Numbered from the stretch's first letter, positions 45,747-59,687 are shown. The stretch: DNA of 64,000 nt from Escherichia coli (GCF_024700885.2 NZ_CP117016.1); one strand, 5' to 3'. The notes: generated from the sequence alone by a model not told the origin. Made by a program: numbers and translations.

Positions 45747-46520
45747 TCATTTCAAAAGAGAAAAAAAAGCCACCTTTATCCAGGAGCGTATAAACTTCAT
45801 TCTTTTCTGAAGCCTTGTTCTAGGTTGTTTTTTTTCCGATGTTAATAGCCTTTCACTTTCAAGATGACTATTAAACTCATTTAAAATAGGATGTAATATT
45901 ATTTCGTCTAAATAAAACTCTTTTATAATATTATGTTGATGCATTAACTTCCAGCTATCAGCTCGATAGGTGCCATAATCCTTTGTCAATTTGAGCAACT
46001 TTTGTGCCATATCTTTATTCATCAAATATGAACATGTACGACGAATTTTATTTTTATTGAAATTAACACGCCGAAAAGTACAAGTACTTACCTTAACTTT
46101 ACTAAAAAGGCTTTGCCCCAATACCGGATAATCATGTAATCCTTTCTGTCCTCCAAGCAAATACAAATTATTATGTTTTAACTTGTCTTTTTCAGGAAGA
46201 TTAAAATATTGCAGAAATTTTTTAAATTTCTCATTGACGATAACATCATCCTCGAGAATGACTGCCCATTCTATATTTTTATCTATCATATCCTTATATA
46301 TAAGCTGATGACTTAATGTACAAGCAATTTCTCCATCAGTCATTTCTGCGCCGACACCACTTAATCTCATTTTATCAATAATTTCTTTATTTTGAGGGTC
46401 TTTAGCATCTATGGCATCAAAAAAATCAAAATTAATATTTAATCGATGAAAAACATCATTTATTTTATTTCTTCGCTCAATATCTCTTTTAAGTGAGACA
46501 ATATAAATGGGCAGGTTCAT
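45747..46520 (-). CDS. waaV: LPS outer-core beta-glycosyltransferase (GT25-like)
   Basis: 257-aa ORF MNLPIYIVSLKRDIERRNKINDVF; position between waaW and waaL as in R1 (waaV) or R4 (waaX) core types; symbol uncertain. Confidence 0.5.
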   Translation of the reverse strand: MNLPIYIVSLKRDIERRNKINDVFHRLNINFDFFDAIDAKDPQNKEIIDKMRLSGVGAEMTDGEIACTLSHQLIYKDMIDKNIEWAVILEDDVIVNEKFKKFLQYFNLPEKDKLKHNNLYLLGGQKGLHDYPVLGQSLFSKVKVSTCTFRRVNFNKNKIRRTCSYLMNKDMAQKLLKLTKDYGTYRADSWKLMHQHNIIKEFYLDEIILHPILNEFNSHLESERLLTSEKKQPRTRLQKRMKFIRSWIKVAFFSLLK

Positions 46521-46551
46521 TAAAAAATCTCTGGGTGATTAATCTTAATAA

Positions 46552-47580
46552 TTATTTGGAAAAATGCTTACGCGCTATTTTCTTACTATAATAGAGCATG
46601 AAATAGTAAAATGAAGATGCAATATTACCATTTCTTTTCAAATGTCCGGATTTCACTTGATACTGCTTTTCATTCGTGGCTGGAATAAACGCCACATCAT
46701 TCCAGCAAGAAGCCTGATAAGCCTCATTAAAATACTTCTGGCAGGGATAATTCGTCCAGTCGTTCCAGGGCTTCGTTACGCCAACATAATGAATCAGCTT
46801 AGTATCATCGGTAATGGTCTTTTTATAATCTTCATCGCTTTTATTTTTTAACTCATAGTCAATGCCATAAAAGCAATCATAATCGCCGCTAATAAAAATA
46901 CAATGACCAAAGAACAGAATATTTAAAATATCCTGATCAAGGCATTTATACTTCGTATGCTGCGGGTCACTTGCCAGCATAGCAATGGCTTTATTCATAA
47001 AATCATTTTTCGCCCATGCTTCAAGCTGCAGATATACTACACCGGCGTTGAAATAATTACCTGGAAGTCCCTCTATAGCCAGACGCTTCGCTGGTTTTTC
47101 CTGCATAAAAGGCACATCTTTAATAACAGCTGCGAACTTATCGCCATCAAAATTAATATCAAGCAATCCAGCTAATGAGCCTTTACAGATGACATCAGCA
47201 TCGATATATAACAGATTTTCAATAACTTCACTCAGATACTGGAACGCAACTAAACGGAAGAATGTTGCATAAGACCACTGTTTCAGGCTGGGGAAGATAT
47301 CAATAAAGGCACTGGAGACTTTATAAATTCTTACTTCAACGTTAGCATTTTTGCTAGTAAAAGCGTTAACACGTTGTAGATAATCTTCATCAATGTAGTC
47401 GGTAAAGAGATGAAACTTAACCGCAAGGTCCGGGTTATGCATAATAACTGATTGCATAGATACTGCCGCACCAAATAAAAAGTTGCGGTCAATACCGTAA
47501 GCGATATTTAACACACGATCGGTGTTAGTAATTTTCCCAGAGACAGTGACTTCAGTAATACTCTCAGCTAATAAATCCAT
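46552..47580 (-). CDS. waaW: LPS outer-core GT8 glycosyltransferase
   Basis: 342-aa ORF with GT8 features (NIAYGIDRNF; DxD at YIDADV); one of three GT8 paralogs in the locus. Confidence 0.65.
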   Translation of the reverse strand: MDLLAESITEVTVSGKITNTDRVLNIAYGIDRNFLFGAAVSMQSVIMHNPDLAVKFHLFTDYIDEDYLQRVNAFTSKNANVEVRIYKVSSAFIDIFPSLKQWSYATFFRLVAFQYLSEVIENLLYIDADVICKGSLAGLLDINFDGDKFAAVIKDVPFMQEKPAKRLAIEGLPGNYFNAGVVYLQLEAWAKNDFMNKAIAMLASDPQHTKYKCLDQDILNILFFGHCIFISGDYDCFYGIDYELKNKSDEDYKKTITDDTKLIHYVGVTKPWNDWTNYPCQKYFNEAYQASCWNDVAFIPATNEKQYQVKSGHLKRNGNIASSFYYFMLYYSKKIARKHFSK

Positions 47581-47605
47581 GTTGGTTCCGTTTTGACTGT
47601 GTGGT

Positions 47606-48298
47606 TTACGCTTTGCCTTTTAATTTTTTAATAAATTTGCGTAGTTTGGTTCTGTAGATTACTGAATAGTAGCCATAATCTTTTATTTCGTTGGCAATAC
47701 CCAGGTGACGTTCCATGGCCAGACGATCACGAGCTTTACGCTCTGCCGTACAGCTTTTACCGGATAGGTCAATTATCCTGACACCATCTTTACTAACGAT
47801 AAAGTTACCCCGGTGTGGGTCGCCCGATAGCATATTTAAGGCATGCAATTTTTCCATTGAAGCCTTAATTTCTGCTTTAACATTTTCTGGAATAATCGGC
47901 ATATCATTGAGCTCTACGCCCTCGACATACTCGATAAGCATGATAAAAACACTGGCATAGTTGAAAAATTTACGCTCAGCCAGAAAATAAAAATCATTAG
48001 GAAAAGTAAGACCTGCACTTCTGACACGATCGGTTTCAACGATCAAATTCTGATAGTAGTCACCTTTTACAAAAGATTTAAAAAAACGTTCATTCCTTTT
48101 CGTTTTCGGAGCAAAGACTTTAAAAACATAGCGACCATATTTCGTATCAATCAACGATACTTTGGTATCATCAATATTACGTAATACTTTTACTGTTTTA
48201 AAATTATAGGCCAGTATTTCATCAAAGATTTCTTTATATTTATTATCATTATCTTTGTAATAAAATGAGAAGCCGCGATAACGTATACTTGTAATCAT
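47606..48298 (-). CDS. waaY: LPS core heptose II kinase
   Basis: 230-aa kinase-like ORF (MITSIRYRGFSFYYKDNDNKYKEIF) lying between GT8 genes. Confidence 0.8.
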   Translation of the reverse strand: MITSIRYRGFSFYYKDNDNKYKEIFDEILAYNFKTVKVLRNIDDTKVSLIDTKYGRYVFKVFAPKTKRNERFFKSFVKGDYYQNLIVETDRVRSAGLTFPNDFYFLAERKFFNYASVFIMLIEYVEGVELNDMPIIPENVKAEIKASMEKLHALNMLSGDPHRGNFIVSKDGVRIIDLSGKSCTAERKARDRLAMERHLGIANEIKDYGYYSVIYRTKLRKFIKKLKGKA

Positions 48299-48307
48299 AA
48301 GAGTAAT

Positions 48308-49303
48308 TTATTTCTTAAGCTTGTACTTAATTAATGAAGTTATGCCTTTTATATACTCACCATGGGCAAACAGATGCTTATATTGTTTCTGCATTTCTGC
48401 AACAGTCCGCGCCTCTTTAAGAGGATATTTCTTCCAGGGAGATTGTTCACGCGCGATATTAAAGTATGATGCAGACGGATATCCAGCCCAGCTATGCCAT
48501 GGTTTAGTTATCCCTGTATAGTGAATCAACACTGTTTTATCGGTAATGGTTTGCTGATACTTTCGATGACTACGATCATAAAGTTCGTTTTTCAGGGTAT
48601 AAATAGTATCAAAATCCTTCGCAAGGTAGATATTATTCATATTAAATGCGATATTCAACGCATCCTGATCTAAATATTTAAGAGAGCCATATTTAGTTTC
48701 CCCTCGTAAAAGTTTGAGTAAATACGGTGTCAAATTTGCTTCATGCCATTTTTTAAGATTGACATAGATAACGCCTGCATTGAAATAACGTCCATTCATT
48801 TCGGGAATGTTGAGGCGTTTTGCACATGCCGCCTGAGTACTATCATTGTCAGGAATGACCGCAGCAAACTCATCTTTAAATATAATTTCTGTGAGAGGTT
48901 TCAGGCTTCCTTTACAAACAACATCGGCATCCAGATACAGCAGTGTGGAAATACTTTCACTCAGATATTCAAAAGACAATACCCTGAAGTATGTCGCGTA
49001 CGACCAAAACTGTGACGTCGGCAGATCAGCAAAGTATTTGGGGTCAATTAAATATACAATAATTGAGGTATTAAATTGTTTTGCTGTTTCATTAAATGAC
49101 TTTAAATAATCATCATCCACATAATCAGTGAAAACATGAAAGACAAAATTAATATCTGAATTATTAATCAAAACGGAAGAAATTGAAACGCCAGCACCAT
49201 ACAAAAAATTCTTATCGATACCGTAGGAAACATTTAGCTCTGGGGCGTTTTCTTTTTTATTATCTGCTAAATACGAAAACCGTTCTTTTATAAATTCATT
49301 CAT
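48308..49303 (-). CDS. waaT: LPS outer-core GT8 glycosyltransferase
   Basis: 331-aa GT8 ORF (NVSYGIDKNF; YLDADV); position between waaO and waaY. Confidence 0.65.
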   Translation of the reverse strand: MNEFIKERFSYLADNKKENAPELNVSYGIDKNFLYGAGVSISSVLINNSDINFVFHVFTDYVDDDYLKSFNETAKQFNTSIIVYLIDPKYFADLPTSQFWSYATYFRVLSFEYLSESISTLLYLDADVVCKGSLKPLTEIIFKDEFAAVIPDNDSTQAACAKRLNIPEMNGRYFNAGVIYVNLKKWHEANLTPYLLKLLRGETKYGSLKYLDQDALNIAFNMNNIYLAKDFDTIYTLKNELYDRSHRKYQQTITDKTVLIHYTGITKPWHSWAGYPSASYFNIAREQSPWKKYPLKEARTVAEMQKQYKHLFAHGEYIKGITSLIKYKLKK

Positions 49304-49319
49304 TTAACTTTTCTCAATT

Positions 49320-50336
49320 TCATTTTATTATCTTTAAATAAAAATAATAAATATAATTCATTATCCCGTTAATTGGTTTATTTTGTTTAAAATTATGCTT
49401 GGCGCAATAACGAGCATAGTTTGAGTTAACTGGCCGCATTAACGGTTCATTTTTCCAGGGCGATGCTTCTTTGGCTTTGATAAAAGGTTGCGCACTTGGA
49501 TAACCGGCCCAGTAATGCCAGGGTTTTGTCGGGCCGACATAATGAATTAATACGGTTTCATCATTAATTGGACAAACAAATGATTTTTTTAATTCATAAT
49601 TTAAACTAAATTGCGTATTGTATTTAGCATCAATGAATTTAACTTTCCCTAACAGGATAAGATTAAGGATATCTTGATCCATATAGGTTAAACGGGAAAC
49701 GATGGCTTTATCAGCAAGCATCGACATCGCTTTAGCAGAAACGGACTCCTGCGCCCACGCTAGTGTATTAATTAACAGGACACCTGAATTAAAGTAACCC
49801 TTTTCAAGTTCATTACACTGCAGACTTTGACCCCGTAACGACCACCAGTTAGCATCGCGTTCAGTAACAACAGCAGCAACGTTATTGGCAAGATCCATTG
49901 TTATCAGCGGCTTTAAGTTTCCCTGACAGGCGATATCAGCATCCAGGTAAAGGATCTTATCTTGTTGATCAATAAAGTAATCTGCAATTACAAAACGGAA
50001 ATACATGGCAATAGACCAATTTTTGGTCGTCGGTAATGCCTTAAGCCGTTCACAATTTACTAGATGGATCTGGATACAGGTACGATAGCTTTTCGCCAAT
50101 TGGGCTAAACGCTGGATATCGGCTTCAGGGATAGCATCAATAAAAACGTGGAAAACAAAACTCACGTCGTTGTTATGTAACAAAACTGACGTGATTGAAA
50201 CACCACAACCAAAAAGAAAGTTTTTATCAATGCCATAAGAAACATGGAATGATGATGCCACTGACGCCGCTGGCCTTTCATCGAAGATGATTGTCTTATT
50301 GATCATCTCTTGTGGATTAAAATAGTGGGCACTCAT
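49320..50336 (-). CDS. waaO: LPS outer-core GT8 glycosyltransferase
   Basis: 338-aa GT8 ORF (HVSYGIDKNF; YLDADI); position next to waaP. Confidence 0.7.
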   Translation of the reverse strand: MSAHYFNPQEMINKTIIFDERPAASVASSFHVSYGIDKNFLFGCGVSITSVLLHNNDVSFVFHVFIDAIPEADIQRLAQLAKSYRTCIQIHLVNCERLKALPTTKNWSIAMYFRFVIADYFIDQQDKILYLDADIACQGNLKPLITMDLANNVAAVVTERDANWWSLRGQSLQCNELEKGYFNSGVLLINTLAWAQESVSAKAMSMLADKAIVSRLTYMDQDILNLILLGKVKFIDAKYNTQFSLNYELKKSFVCPINDETVLIHYVGPTKPWHYWAGYPSAQPFIKAKEASPWKNEPLMRPVNSNYARYCAKHNFKQNKPINGIMNYIYYFYLKIIK

Positions 50337-50351
50337 ATTTCTCTCCGGAAA

Positions 50352-51149
50352 TTACAACGATTTTCTAATCGTTCTTTCCCTGATTTTTGTGGCTTTTGCT
50401 TCTGCTTGCGACAGCAGCCCTTGTTCCTGCTTGAGAATGTCTTTAAGCGGGGCGACAAAATACTCTTTCATAAACCGCCAGATATCCCGCTGAGTCAGGC
50501 TAATATTCATCGAAGAAAAATAAAGCCCTATAAGATCTTTATCGCGCCAACGACGTGGAACGCGCGTGCGAAGCTGCGCCCGGTGCAGGTCAATTACCGA
50601 AATTTTTAACTCCTCTTCCTTACCGGAAAAAGGCAAGTGCAGCAGGAAATGACAGATATAACAGTCACGGTGGTTAATGCCCGCAGCATGCATATCGCGC
50701 ACCATCGTCGCGACACGCTTAATAAGCATACGCTTTACGCGAACATCTGGAGGGTTAGTCGCCCAGTCAGCACAGTAATCTTCCAGACTTATGGTTGGTG
50801 TCAGATCTTCGGTAATAATAAATGAAGTTCTGGTAAGCGGATTCATGCCTTTTTCGCCAAATGCCACCCCATACATAGTATCAACGCCGACATCCCGCAG
50901 TCGATGAATCGCATTCCATTCGCGGTCTGCGCCTAATACTGGCATCCGCAATGAGAGTAAATTTTTGATTATCTCTTTCAGGGTCGTGCCGCGATGCCAT
51001 TTGAGAAAATAGCTTTTGCCCGCCATTTCAAAGCGCAGAGTGCGGCGAGTTTCCAGTTCACGAAAAACCTCACCCTGCAAGGTTTTAACTTCCTCAAAAG
51101 GATCTTTACCACGCCATAACGTGGCAAACGGCTCTTTAAGTTCAACCAT
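50352..51149 (-). CDS. waaP: LPS core heptose I kinase
   Basis: start at internal Met ([22 protein letters not shown]) gives 265 aa; the track ORF extends 3 codons further upstream. Confidence 0.9.
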   Translation of the reverse strand: MVELKEPFATLWRGKDPFEEVKTLQGEVFRELETRRTLRFEMAGKSYFLKWHRGTTLKEIIKNLLSLRMPVLGADREWNAIHRLRDVGVDTMYGVAFGEKGMNPLTRTSFIITEDLTPTISLEDYCADWATNPPDVRVKRMLIKRVATMVRDMHAAGINHRDCYICHFLLHLPFSGKEEELKISVIDLHRAQLRTRVPRRWRDKDLIGLYFSSMNISLTQRDIWRFMKEYFVAPLKDILKQEQGLLSQAEAKATKIRERTIRKSL

Positions 51150-52266
51150 CCAGACCACCCGTTATGATATCCGCCGCTTTTTCTGGCAGACTGTATAAAT
51201 CTTGTGTATCAGCATAATGTCGCGCATTTTCCGCCCAGGCCTGGCGCAATGAAGATTGCGTTAACGCTTTGCGTAAAATCTCATTCAATGTTTCCTGGCG
51301 GAATGGCTCAGCAATAGCCTCGCCGCAATTGGCGTCAACAATATAATGCGCATAGCCACAAACGGCTGTCGTTAGTACCGGTAATCCTGCAGTAATCGCT
51401 TCCAGCAGCACAATTCCCGCCGCTTCCTGGTAGGCAGGATGCAGTAATAAATCCGCCGCCGCCATTAATTCCGAGACATCGTTGCGCCCCGAGAAGAAGT
51501 GAACATTACTGCGCACGCCGCGTTTTTCTGCCAGCGCCTCAAATTTTCGCGGTTTATCCTGCCCAACAACATATAGCAATGTGTTGTGGCGCAGCGAATC
51601 CGGTAACGAAGCAAGTGCTTCAATGGAACGATCGACACCTTTACGCGTGAAGTCTGAACCGACCTGCAACAATAAATATTGTTGTTCGGTTATTCCATTC
51701 TTCTTACGGAAGATTTCACGGCTATTAGCTGGCTGCTGGCTATATTTACGATCAGGATAAATCCCCGGTGGCAGAATATGAAAACGCTCCGCTTCAGTCT
51801 GATAATGTTTCTGGAAATCGGCGATTTGCTTATCTGTCAGCATCAGCAGCTGTGTCGGCTTGCCCTGTTCGAAGGTTGCCCGCTCAAAGGCGGCATAATG
51901 GCGATAACGTGACGTCAAGCGATAGAAAAAGCCTTTTTCCTGCGCTACTTTCTCGGCATAACAAACATCAGCGGCATAATAAACGTCCAGCCCCGGCATT
52001 TTGTTGAATCCAACGACTTTATCGACGGGATGTTCGCGTAAATGTTTTTGCACCCAGGCAAAATACTCCGCATTGCGCCCGTGATTGGTATGCGATTTAA
52101 CCGGCACTTTGATCAGTTCAAATACATCAGGGCATTCGCCTTCCCACGACTGGGTATAAACCCGAACATGATGACCTCGGGCGGCGACTGTCTGAGCAAT
52201 ACGCATAAAATCGCGCTGCAAACCGCCAAAGGGAAAATATTTATATAAACAAAAAGCAACGATCAT
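51142..52266 (-). CDS. waaG: LPS core glucosyltransferase I
   Basis: 374-aa [29 protein letters not shown]4 family. Confidence 0.95.
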   Translation of the reverse strand: MIVAFCLYKYFPFGGLQRDFMRIAQTVAARGHHVRVYTQSWEGECPDVFELIKVPVKSHTNHGRNAEYFAWVQKHLREHPVDKVVGFNKMPGLDVYYAADVCYAEKVAQEKGFFYRLTSRYRHYAAFERATFEQGKPTQLLMLTDKQIADFQKHYQTEAERFHILPPGIYPDRKYSQQPANSREIFRKKNGITEQQYLLLQVGSDFTRKGVDRSIEALASLPDSLRHNTLLYVVGQDKPRKFEALAEKRGVRSNVHFFSGRNDVSELMAAADLLLHPAYQEAAGIVLLEAITAGLPVLTTAVCGYAHYIVDANCGEAIAEPFRQETLNEILRKALTQSSLRQAWAENARHYADTQDLYSLPEKAADIITGGLDG

Positions 52267-53321
52267 AACGACGTACCTGTCGTGGAGGAGGGCAGTAATT
52301 TATCGACAGCAGCAATGACATCTGCCGCCGGAATAACCGAAAGATACATCTCATTTCGGTCACGCTGATCGCGCGTTGGCATTTCCCGGTAATCTCCCGC
52401 CCAGAATTGAATCATGTTATTTGACCAGGGACGCCAGAAAATATGGTCTGTCGCACCAAACAGCGATATCAGCGGCGTATTAACTGCAGCGGCAATATGC
52501 GCCGGTGCGGAATCAACGCCAATAAACAGCTGCGCATGATCGATTAACGCACCAAGTTCCGGGAAGGTCACCTTTCCGGCCAGCGCCGTTACTGGTGGCG
52601 TCTGGCATCCCTGGGCAATTTCATTGACGCAGGCCAGATCGTCTTTATCTGGGCCGGACGTCAGAACGACTTCATAACCACGCGCATGTAAGGCATCAAT
52701 CACAGCGGAAAACTTGGCGTTGTCCCAGCATTTGAAGATTTGCCGCGCCGTAGGTTGGATAACCACATAATTTTGTCCAACACCAGCGTGATCAAGTTCG
52801 CGACGCATACGTTTCCAACTTGCAGGCGGGTAACTCATGGTTGTCTGCTTCACCAACGAATCAAGTCCCAATGGTGTCAGCACGGATAAGTTACTTTCCA
52901 CCACATTTCCACCCTGCAACGGCACCAAATGGGTGAAACTTTTACGCCAAAAAGCAGACTGCCGATGATGATAATCCTGGGAAATTTTCACACGGGCATT
53001 TAATAAGCGAACCAGTATAGCAACCATCCATTGATCGGTAAGATTAACGATAAGGTCATACTTATTGGCACGTAATACCTTGATGAGATGAAAAAAGTTG
53101 GAAATTTTTTCTGCGGCTTTTGCTTTTTTATTTTTTATGCCGTAGAGCGCGTTAATCTCTGGATTTTCAGACAGGATCGGGATGGTGTCCTGATAAAGCA
53201 GCACATCGATTTTTGCGTCAGGGTAATTTTTTTTCAGCGAACTAATGACGGGAGTAGTTAATAACATATCCCCATGAAAACGCATCTTAATGAGCAAAAT
53301 TCTTCGAAATGGCTTATCCAC
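52263..53321 (-). CDS. waaQ: LPS heptosyltransferase III
   Basis: 352-aa ORF with heptosyltransferase-family features; first gene of the outer-core operon; exact start uncertain. Confidence 0.88.
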   Translation of the reverse strand: MDKPFRRILLIKMRFHGDMLLTTPVISSLKKNYPDAKIDVLLYQDTIPILSENPEINALYGIKNKKAKAAEKISNFFHLIKVLRANKYDLIVNLTDQWMVAILVRLLNARVKISQDYHHRQSAFWRKSFTHLVPLQGGNVVESNLSVLTPLGLDSLVKQTTMSYPPASWKRMRRELDHAGVGQNYVVIQPTARQIFKCWDNAKFSAVIDALHARGYEVVLTSGPDKDDLACVNEIAQGCQTPPVTALAGKVTFPELGALIDHAQLFIGVDSAPAHIAAAVNTPLISLFGATDHIFWRPWSNNMIQFWAGDYREMPTRDQRDRNEMYLSVIPAADVIAAVDKLLPSSTTGTSL

Positions 53322-53370
53322 AAGTAACTCTTTTTGTTGAGATTATCCGATTAAGGTGAAGCAGAAAAAG

Positions 53371-53382
53371 CACGCTACCGCC
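53371..53382 (-). promoter_or_regulatory. ops element (RfaH recruitment site) in the waaQ operon leader
   Basis: plus strand cacgctaccgcc is the reverse complement of GGCGGTAGCGTG, about 50 nt upstream of the waaQ start on the minus strand. Confidence 0.75.
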
Positions 53383-53733
53383 CCAGGCTCAACAGCTACC
53401 TGAATACTGATACCGCACTGATATTGACGCGCTAGTGTATCACTTCTTTCGCGGCAATCCGACCCGAATGATTTTTAAGCACATTGTTGATTTTCAATAA
53501 AGAAATCAATCAAATAAAATCATTAGCAACCATATTCTTTCACTGTTGCTCTGCGATTCCTTCCTGCACGTACTGCAGAAATCAATGAATCGCATAAAAA
53601 TACAAAAAAAGTATAGATGTTCAGCAAGAATTGGCGGGTAAATTGCTATTTAAGTCAAAAACGGGAAAAGTAATGGTAAAGCCACAGCTAAATACATAGA
53701 ATCCCCAGCACATCCATAAGTCAGCTATTTACT

Positions 53734-55498
<1,765 letters not shown>

Positions 55499-55505
55499 CG
55501 TTTAT

Positions 55506-55527
55506 GCCGGATGGTATGCCATCCGGC
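55506..55527. terminator. perfect 9-bp hairpin between convergent coaD and mutM
   Basis: gccggatgg-tatg-ccatccggc. Confidence 0.55.
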
Positions 55528-55536
55528 GCGCATGAA

Positions 55537-56346
55537 TTACTTCTGGCACTGCCGACAATAAAACGTTGCCCGCTGCGCATGTTTAGTCGCCACAATCGGC
55601 GTACCGCACACCCGACACGGCTCGCCTTTTCGCCCGTAAACCTGCAATTCTTGAGCGAAATAGCCCGGTTTACCGTCGCTTTGCAGAAAATCTTTCAGCG
55701 TTGTACCGCCCTGCTCAATCGAACGCAGCAACACCGCTTTAATCACCTGAGTTAACAATTCACACTCTGCCAGCGACAGTGATGACGCCAGCCGATCCGG
55801 ATGGATCCCCGCCGCAAACAGAGATTCGCTGGCATAGATATTCCCTACGCCTACCACCAGCTTGTTATCCATCAGCCACGGTTTAATCGCCGTTTTTTTC
55901 TTCGCGCACTTCTGATGCAGGTACTCACCGTTGAAATCGTCGCTAAGCGGCTCCGGTCCAAGATGGGCCAGCACATTATGCCCTTCCAGCTCTTTGGTCC
56001 ACAGCCAGGCACCAAAGCGGCGCGGATCGGTGTAGCGCAGCACTTTACCGTTGCTCATCACCAAATCAACATGGTCATGCTTTTCAGGGGGAAATTCTTC
56101 TGGAAGGATGCGCAGGCTGCCAGACATCCCCAAATGAATGATAATCCAGCCCTCCGGCAGCTCCAGCAGCAGATATTTAGCCCGCCGCTGCACGCTAAGC
56201 ACTGGTTGATCACTTAATCGGTAAATCTCTTCTGAAACCGGCCAGCGCAAGCGTCCGTTGCGCACCACCGCATGAAGAATGGTTGCACCAACGAGATGCG
56301 GTTCTATGCCGCGACGGCTGGTTTCAACTTCGGGTAATTCAGGCAT
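55537..56346 (-). CDS. mutM: formamidopyrimidine-DNA glycosylase
   Basis: 269-aa [24 protein letters not shown]-terminal zinc finger CRVCGTPI...CRQCQ. Confidence 0.96.
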   Translation of the reverse strand: MPELPEVETSRRGIEPHLVGATILHAVVRNGRLRWPVSEEIYRLSDQPVLSVQRRAKYLLLELPEGWIIIHLGMSGSLRILPEEFPPEKHDHVDLVMSNGKVLRYTDPRRFGAWLWTKELEGHNVLAHLGPEPLSDDFNGEYLHQKCAKKKTAIKPWLMDNKLVVGVGNIYASESLFAAGIHPDRLASSLSLAECELLTQVIKAVLLRSIEQGGTTLKDFLQSDGKPGYFAQELQVYGRKGEPCRVCGTPIVATKHAQRATFYCRQCQK

Positions 56347-56397
56347 AGCATCTCCAGGAATGAACAGATGCAGTCAATATGGGGGCAAGCAGATAAC

Positions 56398-56424
56398 AAA
56401 AAACCCCGCCGGAGCGAGGTTTTT
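56398..56424 (-). terminator. rho-independent terminator of the rpmB-rpmG operon
   Basis: minus-strand transcript forms CCUCGC-UCCG-GCGGGG followed by a U-run; just downstream of the rpmG stop. Confidence 0.6.
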
Positions 56425-56443
56425 TGTTACATCAAAGCGAGAA

Positions 56444-56614
<171 letters not shown>

Positions 56615-56631
56615 TTATTTCCTCTAAGTAC

Positions 56632-56889
<258 letters not shown>

Positions 56890-57084
56890 TTAGCTCGAGC
56901 TTCGTATGGGGTATTGGCGCCTCGTCAGGCTTTACAGCCCGGTCATCGCAGTTCTATGTGAACTCTCGATTGCCAGGCCCAAATGCCAAACCCGAGATTC
57001 TCAAAGGTGGCGTAGTATACGCTGACTCAGCGATGTGCTCAAGTCCCGAACAGACAAAGATCCCGAAGGATCGCGCATAGCGGG

Positions 57085-57759
57085 TTAAATCCAGCCGCGT
57101 TCGGCAAAAGAAACATACTCTCCACGCCCAATCACGATATGGTCGAGCACGCGTAAATCCATGAACTGACAACTCTTTATTATCCGTTCATTAATGAGTT
57201 TATCCGCTTTACTGGGTTCAGCACAACCCGAAGGGTGATTATGTGCAAGGATCAGCGCCGAGGCGTTTATTTTTATCGCTTCGCGGATAATTTCCCGAGG
57301 ATGGACTTCAACATGGTTTAGCGTGCCGGAAAAAAGACGGCTATGCGTTATAACCCGGTGTTGTGAGTCGAGAAAGATCACCATAAAGATCTCCCGCTCC
57401 TCACCCGTGAGCTGGCTTTGTAAAAATTCCCGCGTCATCTCCGGGCTGAGTAAAGGGCTTTCTTCACGCATCCGCACGTTGTAGTAACGCCGCGCCAGTT
57501 CAGCAATCCCCTTTAACTGGGCAAATTTCGCCACGCCAATTCCATGAACACCACTAAATTGTTCATATTCAGAGGTTAACAAGCCATAAAGAGAGCCGAA
57601 ATTCTCCAGCATCTCTTTTGCCAGGGTTAATACATCTTTACCGCGCGTTCCGGTACGCAGAAATAGCGCCAGCAGCTCGACATCAGTTAAGGCGCTAATA
57701 CCAAACTTCAGCATTTTTTCGCGCGGCATCAACAGCTGTGCATTGTTTTTCACCTTCAC
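57085..57759 (-). CDS. yicR: RadC-like JAB-domain protein (UPF0758)
   Basis: 224-aa ORF; JAMM-like motif HNHPSG; position. Confidence 0.88.
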   Translation of the reverse strand: MKVKNNAQLLMPREKMLKFGISALTDVELLALFLRTGTRGKDVLTLAKEMLENFGSLYGLLTSEYEQFSGVHGIGVAKFAQLKGIAELARRYYNVRMREESPLLSPEMTREFLQSQLTGEEREIFMVIFLDSQHRVITHSRLFSGTLNHVEVHPREIIREAIKINASALILAHNHPSGCAEPSKADKLINERIIKSCQFMDLRVLDHIVIGRGEYVSFAERGWI

Positions 57760-57924
57760 CTCCTTTGTGGTGCTCGCATCCTGTCATAGCCGTTCCGTTA
57801 AATCGACGGCCAGTTTTCAATCCTGGAAAGCGCCTCGCAAAGTGATTCTCAGGTGAAGGCACGACAACAAAAGTATTGTGATAAAATCGCCAACTTCTGG
57901 TGTCACCCAACAGGAAAAATCATC

Positions 57925-59145
57925 ATGAGCCTGGCCGGTAAAAAAATCGTTCTCGGCGTTAGCGGCGGTATTGCTGCCTATAAAACCCCTGAACTGGTGC
58001 GTCGTTTGCGCGATCGCGGGGCCGACGTCCGCGTAGCCATGACCGAAGCGGCAAAAGCCTTTATCACCCCACTTAGCTTGCAGGCGGTTTCTGGTTATCC
58101 CGTTTCCGACAGTCTGCTGGACCCGGCAGCCGAAGCCGCTATGGGCCATATTGAGCTGGGTAAATGGGCTGATTTAGTGATTCTCGCCCCTGCCACGGCA
58201 GATTTGATTGCCCGTGTTGCTGCCGGAATGGCGAATGATCTGGTATCGACGATTTGTCTGGCCACACCTGCGCCTGTAGCCGTGCTCCCCGCCATGAACC
58301 AGCAGATGTACCGTGCCGCTGCCACGCAGCATAATTTAGAGGTGCTTGCTTCCCGTGGTTTGCTTATCTGGGGGCCAGACAGTGGCAGTCAGGCTTGTGG
58401 TGATATCGGCCCTGGGCGAATGCTCGATCCGTTAACCATTGTTGATATGGCGGTAGCGCATTTTTCGCCCGTCAACGACCTGAAACATCTGAACATTATG
58501 ATTACCGCCGGCCCGACGCGTGAACCGCTCGATCCGGTGCGTTATATCTCTAATCACAGCTCCGGCAAGATGGGTTTTGCTATCGCCGCCGCCGCTGCCC
58601 GTCGTGGCGCGAACGTCACGCTGGTATCAGGTCCGGTTTCACTACCGACGCCACCGTTTGTTAAACGTGTTGATGTGATGACCGCGCTGGAAATGGAAGC
58701 GGCCGTGAATGCTTCTGTACAGCAGCAAAATATTTTTATCGGCTGTGCCGCCGTGGCGGATTATCGCGCAGCTACCGTGGCCCCAGAGAAAATCAAAAAG
58801 CAGGCCACGCAGGGTGATGAATTAACAATAAAAATGGTTAAAAACCCCGATATCGTCGCAGGCGTTGCCGCACTAAAAGACCATCGACCCTACGTCGTTG
58901 GATTTGCCGCCGAAACAAATAATGTGGAAGAATACGCCCGGCAAAAACGTATCCGTAAAAACCTTGATCTGATCTGCGCGAACGATGTTTCCCAGCCAAC
59001 TCAAGGATTTAACAGCGACAACAACGCATTACACCTTTTCTGGCAGGACGGAGATAAAGTCTTACCGCTTGAGCGCAAAGAGCTCCTTGGCCAATTATTA
59101 CTCGACGAGATCGTGACCCGTTATGATGAAAAAAATCGACGTTAA
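57925..59145 (+). CDS. coaBC: phosphopantothenoylcysteine decarboxylase / phosphopantothenate-cysteine ligase
   Basis: start at internal ATG 57925 ([20 protein letters not shown]) gives 406 aa. Confidence 0.95.
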
Positions 59146-59581
59146 GATTCTGGACCCGCGCGTTGGGAAGGAATTTCCGCTCCCGACTTATGCCACCTCT
59201 GGCTCTGCCGGACTTGACCTGCGTGCCTGTCTCGACGACGCCGTAGAACTGGCTCCGGGTGACACTACGCTGGTTCCGACCGGGCTGGCGATTCATATTG
59301 CCGATCCTTCACTGGCGGCAATGATGCTGCCGCGCTCCGGATTGGGACATAAGCACGGTATCGTGCTTGGTAACCTGGTAGGATTGATCGATTCTGACTA
59401 TCAGGGCCAGTTGATGATTTCCGTGTGGAACCGTGGTCAGGACAGCTTCACCATTCAACCTGGCGAACGCATCGCCCAGATGATTTTTGTTCCGGTAGTA
59501 CAGGCTGAATTTAATCTGGTGGAAGATTTCGACGCCACCGACCGCGGTGAAGGCGGCTTTGGTCACTCTGGTCGTCAGTAA
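59123..59581 (+). CDS. dut: dUTP diphosphatase
   Basis: 152-aa [38 protein letters not shown]. Confidence 0.95.
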
Positions 59582-59687
59582 CACATACGCATCCGAATAA
59601 CGTCATAACATAGCCGCAAACATTTCGTTTGCGGTCATAGCGTGGGTGCCGCCTGGCAAGTGCTTATTTTCAGGGGTATTTTGTAAC

